Source: Candidatus Latescibacterota bacterium (GTDB lineage Bacteria > Latescibacterota > UBA2968 > GCA-2709665). From it: a stretch of 64,000 nucleotides of DNA. Positions 9,732 through 20,411 of the stretch are shown piece by piece; positions within the stretch are counted from its first letter, which is position 1; each line of letters starts with the position of its first letter. The position numbers and the translations under genes are program-made. The stretch spans positions 3,392,001 to 3,456,000 of the forward strand of contig OZ220733.1 in the NCBI GenBank assembly GCA_965116875.1, given 5' to 3'. The notes under the pieces are model-generated. The model did not search any database and had not been told where the DNA came from. It saw only the letters and a list, made by a program, of their open reading frames with translations.

Positions 9732-10523
9732 GTGAGTTTGTTTTCACTGGAAGGACGTGTCGCGCTGGTGACGGGCGCGGGCCGGGGGATCGGGCAGGGC
9801 GTTGTGAAGGGCCTCGCGGCTCACGGCGCCAGGTGCGTTTGCGCGGCCAGGACCCGCTCCCAGTTGGAGGAAACCGCAGCGGCGATCCGGGCGGCGGGAG
9901 GCGACGCGCTGGCCGTGGAAATGGATATGGCAGACCTGGAGGGTGTTAAGCGCGGCGTGGAAACGACCCTTGACCACTATGGCCAGATCGACATTCTGGT
10001 GAACAACGCCGGGATGAACGTCCGGCAGCCGCTGGAAGAGGTCACCGAGGAACATTACGACCGGATTATGGCTGTCAATCTGAAGGGACTCTTTTTCCTG
10101 ACACGGATGGCCGCCGAACATATGATCCCGCGGAAACAGGGCAAGATCATCAACATCGGCTCCCTGACCACGGGAGTCGCCCTGCACGGCGTGTCGGTCT
10201 ATACGGCCACCAAGGGCGCCGTCGGACAGTTGACGAAGGCGCAGGCGCTGGAGCTGGGCCCGCATCATATCCAGGTGAACGCGATCTGTCCCGGTTTCAT
10301 TCTGACGCCGCTCACCGAAAAGCTGTGGTCCGACCCGACGATGCGGGCGTGGGGCGAGGGCCGGACTCCGGCCGGGCGGCTGGGCGTACCGGACGACCTG
10401 GTGGGAACCGCCGTGTTTCTGGCATCCGCGGCTTCGGACTACGTAACCGGCCAGCACATCTACGTGGACGGCGGCTTCATGGCCGGCGAGAAGTGGCCGC
10501 TGCCGCCGAAGGCGGGTCAATAG
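9732..10523 (+). CDS. SDR oxidoreductase (gluconate 5-dehydrogenase/KduD-like)
   Basis: TGAGRGIG, NNAG, YTATK; GGAGG before GTG 9732. Confidence 0.9.
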   Translation: MSLFSLEGRVALVTGAGRGIGQGVVKGLAAHGARCVCAARTRSQLEETAAAIRAAGGDALAVEMDMADLEGVKRGVETTLDHYGQIDILVNNAGMNVRQPLEEVTEEHYDRIMAVNLKGLFFLTRMAAEHMIPRKQGKIINIGSLTTGVALHGVSVYTATKGAVGQLTKAQALELGPHHIQVNAICPGFILTPLTEKLWSDPTMRAWGEGRTPAGRLGVPDDLVGTAVFLASAASDYVTGQHIYVDGGFMAGEKWPLPPKAGQ

Positions 10524-11174
10524 ATGGATGCCGACAGGCTTGAGCAACAGATCGCCTTTATCCTCGAGGTCGACAAGCTGAAGCAGGTGCTCCGGCGGAC
10601 GTACCTGATGGACGGTAAACGACGGGAGAACAGTGCGGAGCATTCGTGGCACCTGGCCGTGATGGCCGTACTGCTGTTGGAATACGCACGAGAAGAGGTG
10701 GATCTCGCGAGAGTTGTGAAAATGCTGCTGCTTCACGACGTCGTTGAGATTGACGCCGGAGATACCTTCGCCTACGACGAGGCGGCCCACGCCGACAAGA
10801 ACGAAAGGGAGCGGCGCGCCGCCGAGCGGATCTTCAACCTGCTTCCGGCCGAAATGGCGGGAGAGGTGTTCGCGTTGTGGGAGGAATTCGAGGCGGGCGC
10901 GACGCCCGAGGCGAAATACGCCGAAGCGTTGGACCGGTTTCAGCCGATCCTGCTGAACCACGGATCAGGCGGGATCGCGTGGCGGGAGCACGGAATCAGT
11001 TCGGAGCAGGTGATTGCGCGGAATCGACATATCGAATTGGGGGCGCCTGCCCTGTGGACGTACGTCCGCGGGTTGATCGACCGGGCCGAGAGCGCGGGTA
11101 CCTTGCGTCGGGAGCGTGATCGTGCGGAAGGCGAACGCCCCCCGGTCGGGCGGGACAGGACGGGACAGACCTGA
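10524..11174 (+). CDS. HD-domain phosphohydrolase (YfbR/HDDC2-like)
   Basis: ENSAEHSW, LLHDVVEIDAGD, LWEEFE. Confidence 0.9.
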   Translation: MDADRLEQQIAFILEVDKLKQVLRRTYLMDGKRRENSAEHSWHLAVMAVLLLEYAREEVDLARVVKMLLLHDVVEIDAGDTFAYDEAAHADKNERERRAAERIFNLLPAEMAGEVFALWEEFEAGATPEAKYAEALDRFQPILLNHGSGGIAWREHGISSEQVIARNRHIELGAPALWTYVRGLIDRAESAGTLRRERDRAEGERPPVGRDRTGQT

Positions 11175-11189
11175 CAGGAGGATCGGGAT

Positions 11190-12251
11190 ATGACACAACA
11201 GCAGATGGAATCGATGTGGTTTTACGTGGGCGGCGCCGGAATCTCGGTCTACCGTCTGGACCTTTCCACCGGGGACCTGGCGCACCGGAGTACGGTTTCG
11301 GAAGTGAAGAATCCTTCATTCCAGGCCATCCATCCGTCGAATCGGTTCCTTTACTCTGTAGCGGAAGTCAACGACGGCGGCGCGATATACGCGTTTGCGA
11401 TCGATCCGTCCACGGGTGCGTTGCGCTCGCTGAACCATCAGTCCTGCATGGGCGCGGGTCCCTGCCACGTGAGCGTGGACGCAACCGGACGAGTCGTGCT
11501 GGCGGCCAACTATTCCAGCGGCGGCGTGTCGGCGCTGCCCATCATGGAAGACGGCAGCCTGGGCGAGGCCACTTCCTTCTTTCAGCACGAGGGTTCCAGC
11601 GTGAATCCGGGCAGGCAGCAGGGGCCGCACGCGCATTCCATCACCATCGATCCTGGCAATCGATTCGCCGTCTCGGCAGATCTGGGAATCGATAAAGTGC
11701 TGGTGTACCGGCTGGATGCGGAGAAGCAGACGATAACGCCCAACGATCCGCCATGGGTGGACGTTCAGGCGGGCGCCGGACCCAGGCACTTCGCGTTTCA
11801 TCCCAACCGGAAACACGCCTATCTGATCAACGAGCTGGACAATACGGTCGTGGCGTACGCGTACGATGAAGATCGCGGGATCCTGGAGACCGAGCAGGTG
11901 ATTTCCACGTTACCCTCGGAATTCACCGATACCAGCTATTGCGCGGATATCCACGTGTCGTCGGACGGCCGCTTCGTGTACGGCTCGAACCGGGGGCACG
12001 ACAGCATCGTAATCTTCGAAGTCGACTCCGGTACCGGGAGGCTCTCGATTGTGGACTACGAATCAACCCGGGGCGAGTTTCCGCGCAATTTCGCGCTGGA
12101 TCCTTCGAGGCGGTTCCTGTTCGCCGCCAACCAGAATACGGACAATATCGTCACGTACCGGATCGACGCTCAGTCGGGGAGACTCACCGCGACCGGCCAT
12201 CAGGTGGAGACTCCGCAGCCGGTGTGCATCAACATGATCCCTGCCGGATAA
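11190..12251 (+). CDS. pgl: Beta-propeller lactonase (6-phosphogluconolactonase family)
   Basis: PCHVSVD, ANYSSG, PHAH, GAGPRH, SNRGHDSI, PRNF. Confidence 0.85.
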   Translation: MTQQQMESMWFYVGGAGISVYRLDLSTGDLAHRSTVSEVKNPSFQAIHPSNRFLYSVAEVNDGGAIYAFAIDPSTGALRSLNHQSCMGAGPCHVSVDATGRVVLAANYSSGGVSALPIMEDGSLGEATSFFQHEGSSVNPGRQQGPHAHSITIDPGNRFAVSADLGIDKVLVYRLDAEKQTITPNDPPWVDVQAGAGPRHFAFHPNRKHAYLINELDNTVVAYAYDEDRGILETEQVISTLPSEFTDTSYCADIHVSSDGRFVYGSNRGHDSIVIFEVDSGTGRLSIVDYESTRGEFPRNFALDPSRRFLFAANQNTDNIVTYRIDAQSGRLTATGHQVETPQPVCINMIPAG

Positions 12252-12440
12252 CGGTCCGCGAGCCTTACGTACCGATGCCTCACGCCTTGAATTCCCTTTT
12301 CTGGCTGAGGCATTTTCTGTATATACGGTTGAGTCGGTTGCACCGTTGTGGTTAGATTCCGATCGGGACCGGTCCCTTGAGTGATTGAGACACTTCCGCG
12401 TCGGCCGTGTGAATCGATCTCTCAGGAATGAGTGTTGCCC

Positions 12441-14006
12441 ATGAACATCGGCATGCTGCTCACGAAATCCGCGCGCACGTATCCGCGGAACCTGGCCGTG
12501 GCGTGCGGTCCCATGCGATGGACCTACGCCCGGTTCAACGAACGCGTGAACCGCCTGGCGCACGCGTTTCTCAGGCTCGGCGTCCGCCGCGGCGACCACG
12601 TCGCCATTCTCATGCAGAACCTCCCCGAAATGCTGGAGTCCATGTTCGCCTGCTTCAAGACCGGCGCCGCGGCCGTGCCGATCAATTTCCGCCTGCATCC
12701 CAATGAATACGCGTTCGTCATCGATCATTCGGAATCCGAACTGGTTGTTATCTCTTCCGAATTCAACGCGCCGATTTCGCGGATCAGGGATCGCCTGCCC
12801 CGTGTCAGGCACGTCGTCACCCTGGCGGACGCAAGCGAGGGAACACTCGACTATGAGACGTTGATTCGCGCCGAAAGCGCCGGATTCGAAGATGCGGACG
12901 TGGATCCCGGTGACGTGGCCTGGGTGTTCTACACCTCCGGAACCACGGCCCAGCCCAAGGGTGCGCTCCTGACGCACCGCAATCTGCTGGCGATGACGAT
13001 GAACTTCTATTCGGACATCTGCCAGGGCTTCGGTCCGGAGGATGTGGCCCTCCACGCGGCGCCCCTGTCGCACGGAAGCGGCCTGTATGCCCTGCCCAAC
13101 GTCGGCAAGGCGGCGGCGAACATAATCCCGGAGACTGTTTCGTTCGATGTCGAAAGGGTCCTGGAGGCGATTGAGAATTACCGGGTCACGAACATGTTCG
13201 CGGCGCCGACGATGGTCAAACGGATGGCCGAAAGCCCCGCGCTGCAACGGTACGACCTTCGATCACTCAGAATACTCAACTATGGTGGCGGACCGATGCT
13301 GGCCGAAGACCTGCGGGTTGCCGTTGAAAAGCTGGGACCGTGCCTCGTGCAGCTGTACGGCCAGGGCGAATCTCCAATGACGATCACCTTCCTGCCACAC
13401 CGCGACCACGTCCTGAACGGCACCCCGCAACAGATGAAGCGCCTCAGTTCGGTGGGGTATGCGCGTACCGACGTCGAAATCAGGATCCTGGACGAAGAGG
13501 ACGACGAACTCCCGCCGGGAGACGTCGGCCAGATCGTGACGCGGTCCGACCTTGTCATGAAGGGATACTGGCGCAATCCCCAGGCCACCGCGGCCGCACT
13601 GAAAGGCGGCTGGCTTCATACAGGCGACGTGGGATATATGGACGAAAACGGCTACGTCTTCCTGCTCGACCGCTCCAAAGACCTGATCATCAGCGGCGGC
13701 GAGAACATCTACCCCCGCGAGATCGAAGAGGTGCTTATCCGGCATCCGGCCGTATTCGAGGTTGCGGTCATCGGCGTGCCCGATTCCGAGTGGGGAGAGG
13801 CCGTCAAGGCGGTCGTGGTCAAAACGCCCGGGCGCGACGTGTCCGGTGAGGATCTGATCGACTTCTGCAGGGGCAGGATCGCCAGCTTCAAGAAACCCGG
13901 TTCCGTGGATTTCGTCGACGAGCTGCCCAGGAACAACTACGGCAAGGTCGTCAAAAACGTGATCAGGGCGCCGTACTGGGGTGGAAGGGAAAGCAGGGTA
14001 ATCTAA
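12441..14006 (+). CDS. Acyl-CoA synthetase (AMP-forming)
   Basis: [34 protein letters not shown]; start 12432 or 12441. Confidence 0.92.
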   Translation: MNIGMLLTKSARTYPRNLAVACGPMRWTYARFNERVNRLAHAFLRLGVRRGDHVAILMQNLPEMLESMFACFKTGAAAVPINFRLHPNEYAFVIDHSESELVVISSEFNAPISRIRDRLPRVRHVVTLADASEGTLDYETLIRAESAGFEDADVDPGDVAWVFYTSGTTAQPKGALLTHRNLLAMTMNFYSDICQGFGPEDVALHAAPLSHGSGLYALPNVGKAAANIIPETVSFDVERVLEAIENYRVTNMFAAPTMVKRMAESPALQRYDLRSLRILNYGGGPMLAEDLRVAVEKLGPCLVQLYGQGESPMTITFLPHRDHVLNGTPQQMKRLSSVGYARTDVEIRILDEEDDELPPGDVGQIVTRSDLVMKGYWRNPQATAAALKGGWLHTGDVGYMDENGYVFLLDRSKDLIISGGENIYPREIEEVLIRHPAVFEVAVIGVPDSEWGEAVKAVVVKTPGRDVSGEDLIDFCRGRIASFKKPGSVDFVDELPRNNYGKVVKNVIRAPYWGGRESRVI

Positions 14007-14050
14007 AGGAATACCCCGATGCGATTGGGGCCGTGTTGAGGCGGTATTCG

Positions 14051-15316
14051 ATGGTCAGGAAACGTAAACTCGGACGTGGTGTTGCCATGGTGGGCGCCGG
14101 CATGTCTCCATTCGGCATGTTCCGGGAAAAGGACTCCACGGACCTGTTCGTGGACGCCTTTCGCGCGATGATCGCATCGGTGGACAAAGGCGTGGATCCC
14201 GGCGATATCGATGCGCTGTATATCGGCAATTTTACAAACGACTTCTTCGTGCGTCAGGCCCACTGGGGCGCCATCCTCGTCGACGCGCTGGGTCTGGTTC
14301 CCATACCGTCGACCCGCACGGAAGGCGCATGCGCCTCCAGCGCGATCGCCTTCCGCGAAGGCGTGTTCGCAATTGCGTCGGGATTTTACGATATGGTCCT
14401 GGTCGGCGGCGTGGAGGATATGTCGAAGCGCTCCACGGCCGACGTGGCGGAGGGCCTGGCGTCCGCGGCGGTACCCTGTGAGCGGAAGTCAGGCTTTACC
14501 TTTCCGGGCGTATTCGGGGCGATCGCAACGGCCTATTTCCACAGGTACGGGGCCACGCGCGAGCACCTGATGGACGTCACCATAAAAAGCCATGAGAACG
14601 CGCCGCTGAATCCGAAAGCGCAGTTCCGCGCTTCGATCGCCGATATTATGGAATCGAAGGTGGAGCGCGCGAAAGCGAACGGAAACCCGGTCCCCCCCTG
14701 GGCGGATGAAAAGGACTTCCTGCGCGACCCCGGCGTCAACCCGCCGGTCGCCTGGCCGATGCATCTGTTCGATTGCTGCCCCATCAGCGACGGCGCCGGC
14801 TGCATTCTGCTGGTGGGCGAAGAGATGGCCAGGGAATTTACAGACGATCCCCTCTACGTGGTGGGCCTCGGCCAGGGCAGCGGCAGGGGGCTCCATGCCG
14901 CGCCGGAATTGACGAGCTTCGAGGCCACGGGCCGGGCCGCACGGGAAGCCTATGACATGGCGGACCTCGGTCCCGCGGACATACAGTTCGCCGAGGTGCA
15001 CGATTGCTTTTCCATCGCGGAGATCCTGCACGTCGAGGATCTCGGCTTCTTCGGACCGGGCGAGGGATACAGGGCCGCAGGCGACGGCGCGACCCGGTTG
15101 GATGGGCCGAAGCCGATCAACACGTCGGGCGGGCTGAAATGCAAGGGGCATCCCGTGGGCGCGACGGGAATCGCGCAGTTGATCGAAGTATGGGAACAGC
15201 TGAGGCAACGGGCCGGCGGCAGGCAGGTGCCGAACGGCGATCTGCGGCTGGGCGCGGCCCATAACCTTGGGGGCACGGGCGGCACAAGTACGTTTACGAT
15301 CCTGGAAAGGCGATAG
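14051..15316 (+). CDS. Thiolase (SCP-x/archaeal type)
   Basis: EGACASS (catalytic Cys), EVHDCF, KGHPVGATG, HNLGG. Confidence 0.9.
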   Translation: MVRKRKLGRGVAMVGAGMSPFGMFREKDSTDLFVDAFRAMIASVDKGVDPGDIDALYIGNFTNDFFVRQAHWGAILVDALGLVPIPSTRTEGACASSAIAFREGVFAIASGFYDMVLVGGVEDMSKRSTADVAEGLASAAVPCERKSGFTFPGVFGAIATAYFHRYGATREHLMDVTIKSHENAPLNPKAQFRASIADIMESKVERAKANGNPVPPWADEKDFLRDPGVNPPVAWPMHLFDCCPISDGAGCILLVGEEMAREFTDDPLYVVGLGQGSGRGLHAAPELTSFEATGRAAREAYDMADLGPADIQFAEVHDCFSIAEILHVEDLGFFGPGEGYRAAGDGATRLDGPKPINTSGGLKCKGHPVGATGIAQLIEVWEQLRQRAGGRQVPNGDLRLGAAHNLGGTGGTSTFTILERR

Positions 15317-15319
15317 GAA

Positions 15320-15754
15320 GTGACAACCCCCCCGATCAGCGATTACGGGTTCGAAGCGTTCCTCGGCGAAGAAAAACTGATGGGATCGGCGTGCGCTCGA
15401 TGCGGGGACACGTGCGTTCCGCCGCGTCCGCTGTGCTCGGAGTGTCATCACACGGAAATGACGTGGATCCGGATGAAGGGCGCCGGCAGGCTCGTCGCCC
15501 TGACAAGCATATCCATAGGCCCGCCCGCCATGCAGATGGAGGGCTTCAATCGAAACAACCCGTATTGTACCGGCGTTGTCGAACTGGACGAGGGCCCGAG
15601 GGTCGTCGCCCGCATTGAAGACGTCGACGCGCGGAATCCGGAATCCATCGAGATCGGCATGCCGGTAACCGCGGTCTACCTGCATCGCGGCGAGGGCGAA
15701 GACCGTAAAACGCAGTTGGCCTTTCGGCCCGGATCCGCTGACGACATTAAATGA
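15320..15754 (+). CDS. DUF35 Zn-ribbon/OB-fold thiolase partner
   Basis: CARCG..VPPR..CSEC followed by OB fold (VELDEGPRV, IGMPV). Confidence 0.9.
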   Translation: MTTPPISDYGFEAFLGEEKLMGSACARCGDTCVPPRPLCSECHHTEMTWIRMKGAGRLVALTSISIGPPAMQMEGFNRNNPYCTGVVELDEGPRVVARIEDVDARNPESIEIGMPVTAVYLHRGEGEDRKTQLAFRPGSADDIK

Positions 15755-15949
15755 AGGGAAACAATTGCGGCGGCCCGTACGCATGGTTATATTAGCACGT
15801 TTGTCTGTCCACAACGGGACCACGTTGTGCGTCTTCATACGGCGACGGGTTATGACGCGGCTCCGGGAATGGTCGTCAGACCGGCTGACGCCCGCGTTCC
15901 AAACGGGAGGGTCCCATCCCGGATCCGGCAAAAGAGGAGACATACGGAT

Positions 15950-17803
15950 ATGAGTCGGACACTCAAAGACCTGATGAACGAGAGCTTCACGGAGCACGCG
16001 GATCGGACCGCCGTGCGCGTTCTGAGGCAGTCCGATCAGCAGGGCGAACGGGGCTTGCGCTACGTTCCGATGACCTATGCGCAGCTCCGCGAACAACGGG
16101 ACCGGCTGGCCTCCGGACTGGCCCGCGCCGGTTACGCAAAGGGCGACCGCGTGGGGATACTGACGGACGGCGGCCTCGAGTCGGTGCTGATTTTCCTGGC
16201 GGCGGACATGCTGGGGTTGTCTTCCGTGCCGCTTTGCAACAAGCTTCCGGACGAGATTCTCAAATACATGATCGAGCATTCGGGCCTCGAGGTGCTCTTC
16301 CTGGACAGCAGGAGCCGCGAACAGGTGGATCGGGTGCTGCCGGGTCTGGCGAAGTCTCCGAAACTGATCCTCACCGAGGGCCAGTCCGACGACATCCGGT
16401 CGTTTTTCGCCCTGGTCCAGGACGGTGGCGAGGCGCCTCCTCCCGACGTGGAAATCTATCCGGACGACGAGTCGAAGGTGATCTACACATCGGGTTCGTC
16501 GGGCTTGCCCAAGGGCGTGGTGCAGACCCACCGCAACCTGGTGGACAACGTCAGGTCGGTATGGGACGGGATCTCTCTCCGTGAACAACCGGTTCTGTTC
16601 AAGTCCGCGCCGGACTACCATACCATGGGAATCCTGAATATCTATTATCCCCTGATGAAAGGCTGGACGCTGGATCTCGCGCGTTCGCCGGACCGGGTGC
16701 TGGTGGATATTCGCTATTCCGAGCCGCACGGCTTCCTCACGGTGCCCCTGATTCTGGACAAGGTTTACGGAAACGTGCGAAAGGAAATCGACGCCGGTGG
16801 ATTGAAGGGCCGGCTCGTGGGACGCGCGGTACGGGCCAAGCGAAACATCTCCAGGGGTACGTCTTCCGTCGGGGACCGGGCGGTGTACGGACTGATCGGA
16901 AAGAAGGTCGTCGCCGCGATAAAGGAAAAGCTGTCCCAGCGCGTGGGCGGACGGCTGGAACTTCTGATCGTGGGCTCGGCCAAGGCGGACCCGGAGGCGC
17001 TGGATTTCTTCCAGGACGTGCTGGATATCACCTCGCTCGAAGGGTACGGCACCACCGAGTGTTGTCCCCTGATCGCAGTCAATACGCTGGACGCCCAGAA
17101 GACCGGTACGGTAGGAAGGCCGCTGCAGGAGGTGAAGCTGATCACGGAGGAAGGCGAGGAAGTCGGGTCCGGAGATCCTGCCACGCACACGTACCGGGAC
17201 AGCAACGGAAAAGAGGGTGAACTCTGGGTGCACGGATCCCACGTCATGCGCAAGTATCTCAATGATCCCGATCGTACCGCGGAGACGCTGGTGACGGACG
17301 AGTCCGGTAAGACATGGTATCGGACGGGGGATCTGTTCAGCATCGACGGTGACGGGTACCTGACGTTTCGGGGACGCCTGGGCCGGCAGTTCAAACTGAG
17401 CAACGGGGAGTTCGTGAATCCCGAGTTGCTCGAGCGGCTGTACGCAAGGGTGCCCCTTGTCGAACACGTGATCATCTACGGCGATCAGAGCGGGTCCTTT
17501 CCCATGCCCGTTGTCACGGTAAACGTCGAGGAGGCGCGCACGCTGGCGGATTTCCAGGACCTTCCGGAGGACGATGACGCGGTGCGCAGGCATTCGGGCG
17601 TGGCGGATCGTTTGCGGGAACTCCTGCTGAACGAGGCGACCGCCGCCGGCCTGCCCGGACACGAGCGTCCCCAGAGGGTGCTGGTGCTGCCCGACGCGCT
17701 CAGCGAGGAGGCGGGTACGCTGACGCGGGGACTCAAGAAGGTCGTACCCGGAGCGATTCTGGAACAGTACCGTGACAGCGTCGAGGCGGCGTATTCCAGC
17801 TAA
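15950..17803 (+). CDS. Long-chain acyl-CoA synthetase
   Basis: YTSGSSGLPKGV, EGYGTTEC, YRTGD, FKLSNGEFVNP; GAGGAG RBS. Confidence 0.9.
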   Translation: MSRTLKDLMNESFTEHADRTAVRVLRQSDQQGERGLRYVPMTYAQLREQRDRLASGLARAGYAKGDRVGILTDGGLESVLIFLAADMLGLSSVPLCNKLPDEILKYMIEHSGLEVLFLDSRSREQVDRVLPGLAKSPKLILTEGQSDDIRSFFALVQDGGEAPPPDVEIYPDDESKVIYTSGSSGLPKGVVQTHRNLVDNVRSVWDGISLREQPVLFKSAPDYHTMGILNIYYPLMKGWTLDLARSPDRVLVDIRYSEPHGFLTVPLILDKVYGNVRKEIDAGGLKGRLVGRAVRAKRNISRGTSSVGDRAVYGLIGKKVVAAIKEKLSQRVGGRLELLIVGSAKADPEALDFFQDVLDITSLEGYGTTECCPLIAVNTLDAQKTGTVGRPLQEVKLITEEGEEVGSGDPATHTYRDSNGKEGELWVHGSHVMRKYLNDPDRTAETLVTDESGKTWYRTGDLFSIDGDGYLTFRGRLGRQFKLSNGEFVNPELLERLYARVPLVEHVIIYGDQSGSFPMPVVTVNVEEARTLADFQDLPEDDDAVRRHSGVADRLRELLLNEATAAGLPGHERPQRVLVLPDALSEEAGTLTRGLKKVVPGAILEQYRDSVEAAYSS

Positions 17804-17845
17804 AGACACCCTGGTTCAGACGTTTCGTTTCTGTGGGGTTTACGT

Positions 17846-18889
17846 ATGCCGGTCTTTTCAGCGGCCGAACTGCATCGAATAGGTCGGGAGATCTACGAGC
17901 GCGCGGGCGCCACGTCCGAAGAAGCGGAGACGGTCGCGGGGCAATTGGTGGAGTCCAGCCTTTCCGGCCACGACTCGCATGGCATTCAGCGCCTGCCGCA
18001 GTACGTTGCGGGGGTGGCATCCGGACAGATCGTTCCCGGCGCGGTGGTCGAGGTGGAAAGGGAGACGCCCGCAACGGCCGTTTTGAACGGGAACTGGGGG
18101 TTCGGACACGTAACCGCGGTTGCCGCGATGAAGGTGGCGATCCGCAAGGCCCGGGAGGCCTCGGTGGGGATGGTCACGGTTCACCGGTGCAACCACGTCG
18201 GCCGGCTGGGCGCCTTTACGCCGCTTGCAGCGGAAGCGGACATGATCGGCATGCTCGCGAACAACGGACACGGGGCGGATCTGGCGATGCCCCCGTCGGG
18301 CGGGATCGGAAGAATACTCCCCGCGAACTGCCTCGCGGTGGCGTGTCCGTCCGGCGGCGATTTTCCAGTCGCGCTGGATTTCACAACCGCGGTGGCTGCC
18401 GGAGGCAAGGTTCGCGTGACTCTGGCGAAGGGCGAACGGATGCCGGACGGATGGATGATCGACCACGAGGGGTATCCGACGAACGATCCGCGGGTGTACA
18501 TGACGGAGCCGAAGGGCGCATTGCTGCCGTTCGGCGGGCCCGTGGCGCACAAGGGATACGGGCTGGCCTTCATGATCGACATTCTCTCGGGCGCCCTGTC
18601 ACCCGCCGGTTGTTCCCGCGAAAACTCCAAAGAGACGGGCAACGCGCTTTTTGTACAGGCCATCAATATTGAAGCATTTCAACCGCTCGAGGCGTTCAAG
18701 GCGGAGGTAAAGCGGTTCGTCGACTACGTGAAGTCTGCCGAACCGGCGCCCGGGTCGGACGAGGTGCTGGTTCCCGGAGAGCGTTCGCGGCGCACCCGGA
18801 AGGAGCGGTCAGAATCAGGCATTCCCGTACCGGACGCCACGTGGGAGCAGATTGTGGAGACAGGAAGGAAAGTGGGACTCGAACTGTAG
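17846..18889 (+). CDS. Ldh_2-family dehydrogenase (malate/L-sulfolactate/ureidoglycolate type)
   Basis: GHDSHG, NHVGRLG, HKGYGL, VPGE. Confidence 0.9.
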   Translation: MPVFSAAELHRIGREIYERAGATSEEAETVAGQLVESSLSGHDSHGIQRLPQYVAGVASGQIVPGAVVEVERETPATAVLNGNWGFGHVTAVAAMKVAIRKAREASVGMVTVHRCNHVGRLGAFTPLAAEADMIGMLANNGHGADLAMPPSGGIGRILPANCLAVACPSGGDFPVALDFTTAVAAGGKVRVTLAKGERMPDGWMIDHEGYPTNDPRVYMTEPKGALLPFGGPVAHKGYGLAFMIDILSGALSPAGCSRENSKETGNALFVQAINIEAFQPLEAFKAEVKRFVDYVKSAEPAPGSDEVLVPGERSRRTRKERSESGIPVPDATWEQIVETGRKVGLEL

Positions 18890-18901
18890 GAGGCACTGGA
18901 C

Positions 18902-20236
18902 GTGTCAGACAAAATACGATCTTTAGCCGAGGGCGCCCGGGCTGCGGCGCTGCAATTGAGCAATGCATCCGAAGAGGAACGCAACGCGGCGCTGGAGGCA
19001 ATCGCGCGGGGTCTGGAGGTCAACGCGGGCGCCATACTGGAGGCCAACCGGCGGGATCTCGAGGCGGCAGACGTGCTGCTTGCCGAGGGCAGGCTGACGG
19101 GCGCGCTGGTGGGGCGGCTGAAGGTGGATGACGTCAAGCTTCGCAGTGAAATCATCCGTGGCGTTCACAGCGTAAGATCACAGGCGGACCCCATCGGCCG
19201 GACGCTGGCGGCCACGGAGATGGATCGTGGACTGAACGTGTATAAAATATCGGTACCCATCGGTGTCCTGGGGATCGTGTTTGAGTCGCGGCCTGACGCG
19301 CTCGTGCAGATCGCCACGCTCTGCCTGAAGTCCGGCAATGCGGTCCTGCTCAAGGGGGGCAGCGAGGCGTTCCATACCAACCGCGCGCTGGCGAACATCC
19401 TCATCGCCTCCACACGCGGCCTGCCCGGCATACCGGACGGCTGGATGCATCTGATGGAGGCGCGTGAGGACGTGCAGGCCATGCTGGACCTGCACCACCT
19501 GATCGATCTCATCATCCCCCGGGGCGGCAACGAGCTGGTCCAGCACATTATGCGGAATACCCGGATTCCGGTGATGGGGCACGCCGACGGCATCTGCCAC
19601 GTGTACGTGGACGCGGCGGCGGACCTCGAGAAGGCGAAGCGGATCTGTCTGGATGCCAAGACCCAGTACCCCTCGGGGTGCAACGCGGTTGAGACACTGC
19701 TGGTTGACAGAGAGATCGCGGGTGAATTCCTGCCGGAAATGTTGGGAATTTACCGCAGTAACGGCGTTGAGGTGCGGGGGGACGGATTGACGCGTTCGCT
19801 GGCAGGAGGCGAGGTGGCCGCCGTGTCCGAGGAGGACTGGGCGACGGAATATCTCGATCTGGTGATCTCGGTCAAGGTCGTGAACGGCGTTCACGAAGCG
19901 GTCGATCACATCAACCGGTACAGCAGCAACCACACCGATGCGATTGTCACCGAAGACCGGGCGGCGGCGTCCAGGTTCCTGCGCGAGGTGGATTCCGCGT
20001 CCACGCTGCACAACGCGTCGACCCGGTTCGCCGACGGGTTCCGCTACGGTCTGGGCGCCGAGGTGGGGATCAGCACCAACCGGCTGCACAGCCGGGGTCC
20101 CGTAGGGCTCGAGGGGCTTGTCATCTACAAATACATCATCGAGGGCAACGGGCAGGTTGCGGGCGATTATCTCGGGGAAGACGCAAAGGCATTCACCCAT
20201 CGACACCTGGCCGAGGACTGGACGCCAGAAAGCTGA
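18902..20236 (+). CDS. proA: Gamma-glutamyl phosphate reductase
   Basis: FESRPD, LKGGSEA, CNAVETLL, NASTRFADG, GAEVGIST. Confidence 0.96.
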   Translation: MSDKIRSLAEGARAAALQLSNASEEERNAALEAIARGLEVNAGAILEANRRDLEAADVLLAEGRLTGALVGRLKVDDVKLRSEIIRGVHSVRSQADPIGRTLAATEMDRGLNVYKISVPIGVLGIVFESRPDALVQIATLCLKSGNAVLLKGGSEAFHTNRALANILIASTRGLPGIPDGWMHLMEAREDVQAMLDLHHLIDLIIPRGGNELVQHIMRNTRIPVMGHADGICHVYVDAAADLEKAKRICLDAKTQYPSGCNAVETLLVDREIAGEFLPEMLGIYRSNGVEVRGDGLTRSLAGGEVAAVSEEDWATEYLDLVISVKVVNGVHEAVDHINRYSSNHTDAIVTEDRAAASRFLREVDSASTLHNASTRFADGFRYGLGAEVGISTNRLHSRGPVGLEGLVIYKYIIEGNGQVAGDYLGEDAKAFTHRHLAEDWTPES

Positions 20237-20411
20237 GAAGCTGTTTTAAAATTACCGGTGAGCTCCCGAGCGCGAGCGAAAAAGTGTCGGTCAAGGCGGG
20301 AAAATCCGCCCATATTTGTCTATACGGGTGGGTTTGACCAACGCCGACCGGCGCTTTTGCAGCCGCGCGAAGACCGCTGGGAATTTTAAGACAGCTTCGG
20401 AGGTCTTTTCA

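Noticed and set aside
14489-17809. 1106-aa minus-strand ORF and other long antisense ORFs (e.g. 30233-32089, 54531-56489, 58324-59940)
   Set aside because: Shadows of well-supported plus-strand genes in GC-rich DNA; no motifs
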